Origin: Adineta vaga
Taxonomy: Eukaryota; Animalia; Rotifera
Direction: 5' to 3'
DNA length: 64,000 nucleotides
Assembly (NCBI GenBank): GCA_021613535.1
Contig: CP075494.1
Location: 4,836,001 to 4,900,000, forward strand
Part shown: piece after piece, positions 62,280 to 64,000 of the stretch
How the letters are laid out: every line of letters starts with the position of its first letter
How positions within the stretch are numbered: the first letter of the stretch is position 1
The notes under the pieces: model-generated
The model's input: the letters and a program-made list of their open reading frames with translations, nothing else
Told to the model about the DNA's origin: nothing
Databases searched by the model: none
Translations under genes and position numbers: made by a program

Positions 62280-62570
62280 GTTACCGCGAATTTCGTTTAA
62301 GGATTTTTTGTTATCCCGGCAATTTCGTAAACGGATTCTTTGTTATCGGAAACTTCGTTGCAGTGGTCTTTGTTCTCGTAGATCTCGTAGTAGTAGTAGT
62401 TTGGGTTACGGTGAATTTTGTTCCTGGGTTTCTCGTTATCGGAAATTTTGTGAAAGGATTCTTTGTTCTCGTAGATCTCGTAGTAGTAGTAGTTTGGGTT
62501 ACGGTGAATTTTGTTCTTGGGTTTCTCGTTATCGGAAATTTTGTGAAAGGATTCTTTGTTATCGAAGACC
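62280..62570 (-). repeat. Coding tandem repeat: 30-bp submotif within a 93-bp duplication
   Basis: TKNPFTKFPITRNP(R/G)TKFTVTQTTTTTRSTR occurs twice, plus degenerate T(K/R)NPxTKFx(I/V) units that continue past the stop. Confidence 0.85.
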
Positions 62571-63855
62571 CTGATGACCCAAATGGAGTTGTTGTTGTCC
62601 TCGTTGTTCGCCGTTTTGTAGTGGTGGTGCTTGTTGTCATACGTGGTCCTTTGGTTGGAACACCTGTTGGTGGTAACGTTTGAGGAGTTGTAGTAGTCGT
62701 AACTGGCTGACCACTTGCTGTTGTTGTTGTAGTTGATGTCGCTGATGAACCTTATCAGAAATAAATAAGACATATTAGTAGAAAATAACCATCGTAGAAA
62801 CTCTCACTACTTTAATAATAGATTTTCTGATAGGTGTGTACAAGTTTCATTTTTGAACCCATAGAGTAGTTTTCGAGTATGGATAGAACTGGTTGTTCTA
62901 TATGATATATGATATAGTCATCTTACGGAATTTGCAAAGACTGAATATCTGTGTTAGCTTTTGGGCTGGTAAATAATGATACTCACCACCTGTTCCTAGT
63001 GTTCTACTGTTTGTTGTTGTACTAGTTGTTACCGATCCTGTTGTAGGTTCACTAGATGCAACTAAATAAAAATTATCAGAAAATATATTTAATCCTTTCA
63101 GACATAGTCTTCTTTAGTTCTTATAAAATAATGTACATTACCAGTTGTTTTCCTAATTGACTAAATTTGGGATTTTGCTGAGTTCTGTTGCTATATGAAT
63201 TAGTTCTGCATGTGCCAATTTAGCATCAACTCTCATAAAACAAAAACAGTAACATAACTACTTCGTAAGTTCTTTTTTTGTTAATTTTGTAAGAAAAAAT
63301 ATTTATCGTATTTTATAACGCAATTTTCGTTATGGTTGCACACATATCATTGCACAGACATAAGTAAATATCTATGCATATAAATGAAAACAAACCATTA
63401 TATTCTATATAGTTTTGCCTCAAAATATCGACTACTTCTAGAAACGGTCTAATAAGTTCCTTTTTGTATCATGAAAGTATCGAATCTCAAAAGGAATCTA
63501 TACCTGATGTATCACTTTTGACCATTGTTGGAATGAGAATACCAACAGCTATTAGAACACCGGCTACACATGCACCAATGAGTGTCATCGCAATATAACG
63601 TCTTGGTTTCGTCCAGAATCTATCATATTCATCATAAAAATCGATCAAAAATCTAAGTAAAAAGGACTACAAACGTTGTTCGTGTTCGTTTTGCTTCGAC
63701 GACTCGAAGTTCTCGCATATCGAGTCGTACTTGTTTCGCTGAGACACGCGATCCCTATATTGTATTTCAGAACATACTTATCTTTATACTAACAAATTAT
63801 CGGATAAACTTACAGTACTTGCACTGGATCGACTTATCATAGCCTCAGTTTGCAT
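62311..63855 (-). CDS. Type II membrane mucin-like protein with Thr-rich exons and basic TKNPFTKFP repeats (exon model approximate)
   Basis: TM exon YIAMTLIGACVAGVLIAVGILIP ends at a phase-1 donor. Phase-1 exons VASSEPTTGS... and GSSATSTTTT... lead into ORF 62311-62640. Confidence 0.55.
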
Positions 63856-64000
63856 CGTTAGTTTCGTCAGCACAAACTACGCACCTGTAGTCACTAACGG
63901 AATTATCAACGGTTGACGTATTTTCTCGGTATACTTGTAAATGAAAGAAAATGTTTTCACGTATACAGAAAAGAATGCTGATTCAAGCCTCTAAGATTAA

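Noticed and set aside
62370-62560. Link between the two repeats with a 93-bp period
   Set aside because: No sequence similarity to the 31.8-32.7 kb array; the equal period looks coincidental.
1-64000. tRNA, rRNA or other structured ncRNA genes
   Set aside because: None recognisable by eye; tRNAscan-SE or Infernal would be needed to exclude them.

Overview
This is AT-rich eukaryotic genomic DNA with many short (about 50-60 nt) GT-AG introns. The gene mix is lineage-expanded class A GPCRs, F-box/LRR, ARTC-like ADP-ribosyltransferase and Kelch proteins, alongside many fungal/bacterial-type enzymes. This most resembles a bdelloid rotifer (inference). After manual splicing there are about 30 genes or gene remnants. 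Highlights: (1) a four-intron, secreted fungal-type AA11 lytic polysaccharide monooxygenase fused through a Ser/Thr/Pro linker to an animal uromodulin/GP2-type D8C domain; (2) a carboxylic-acid-reductase-like A-T-R enzyme with an N-terminal p62-like ZZ finger, facing two tandem MFS transporters; (3) three paralogous two-exon Gly/Tyr-rich microproteins with a conserved core, split or missed by the ORF track; (4) a vWA protein with three PBZ-like fingers near an ADP-ribosyltransferase; (5) a 3113-aa intronless DUF3638/DUF3645 protein with SecA-like SF2 motifs; (6) an intact DD37D (maT) transposon inserted into a decayed hAT element; (7) a 93-bp minisatellite; (8) several genes with nonsense lesions. 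All family calls come from motif recognition; no database searches were run.
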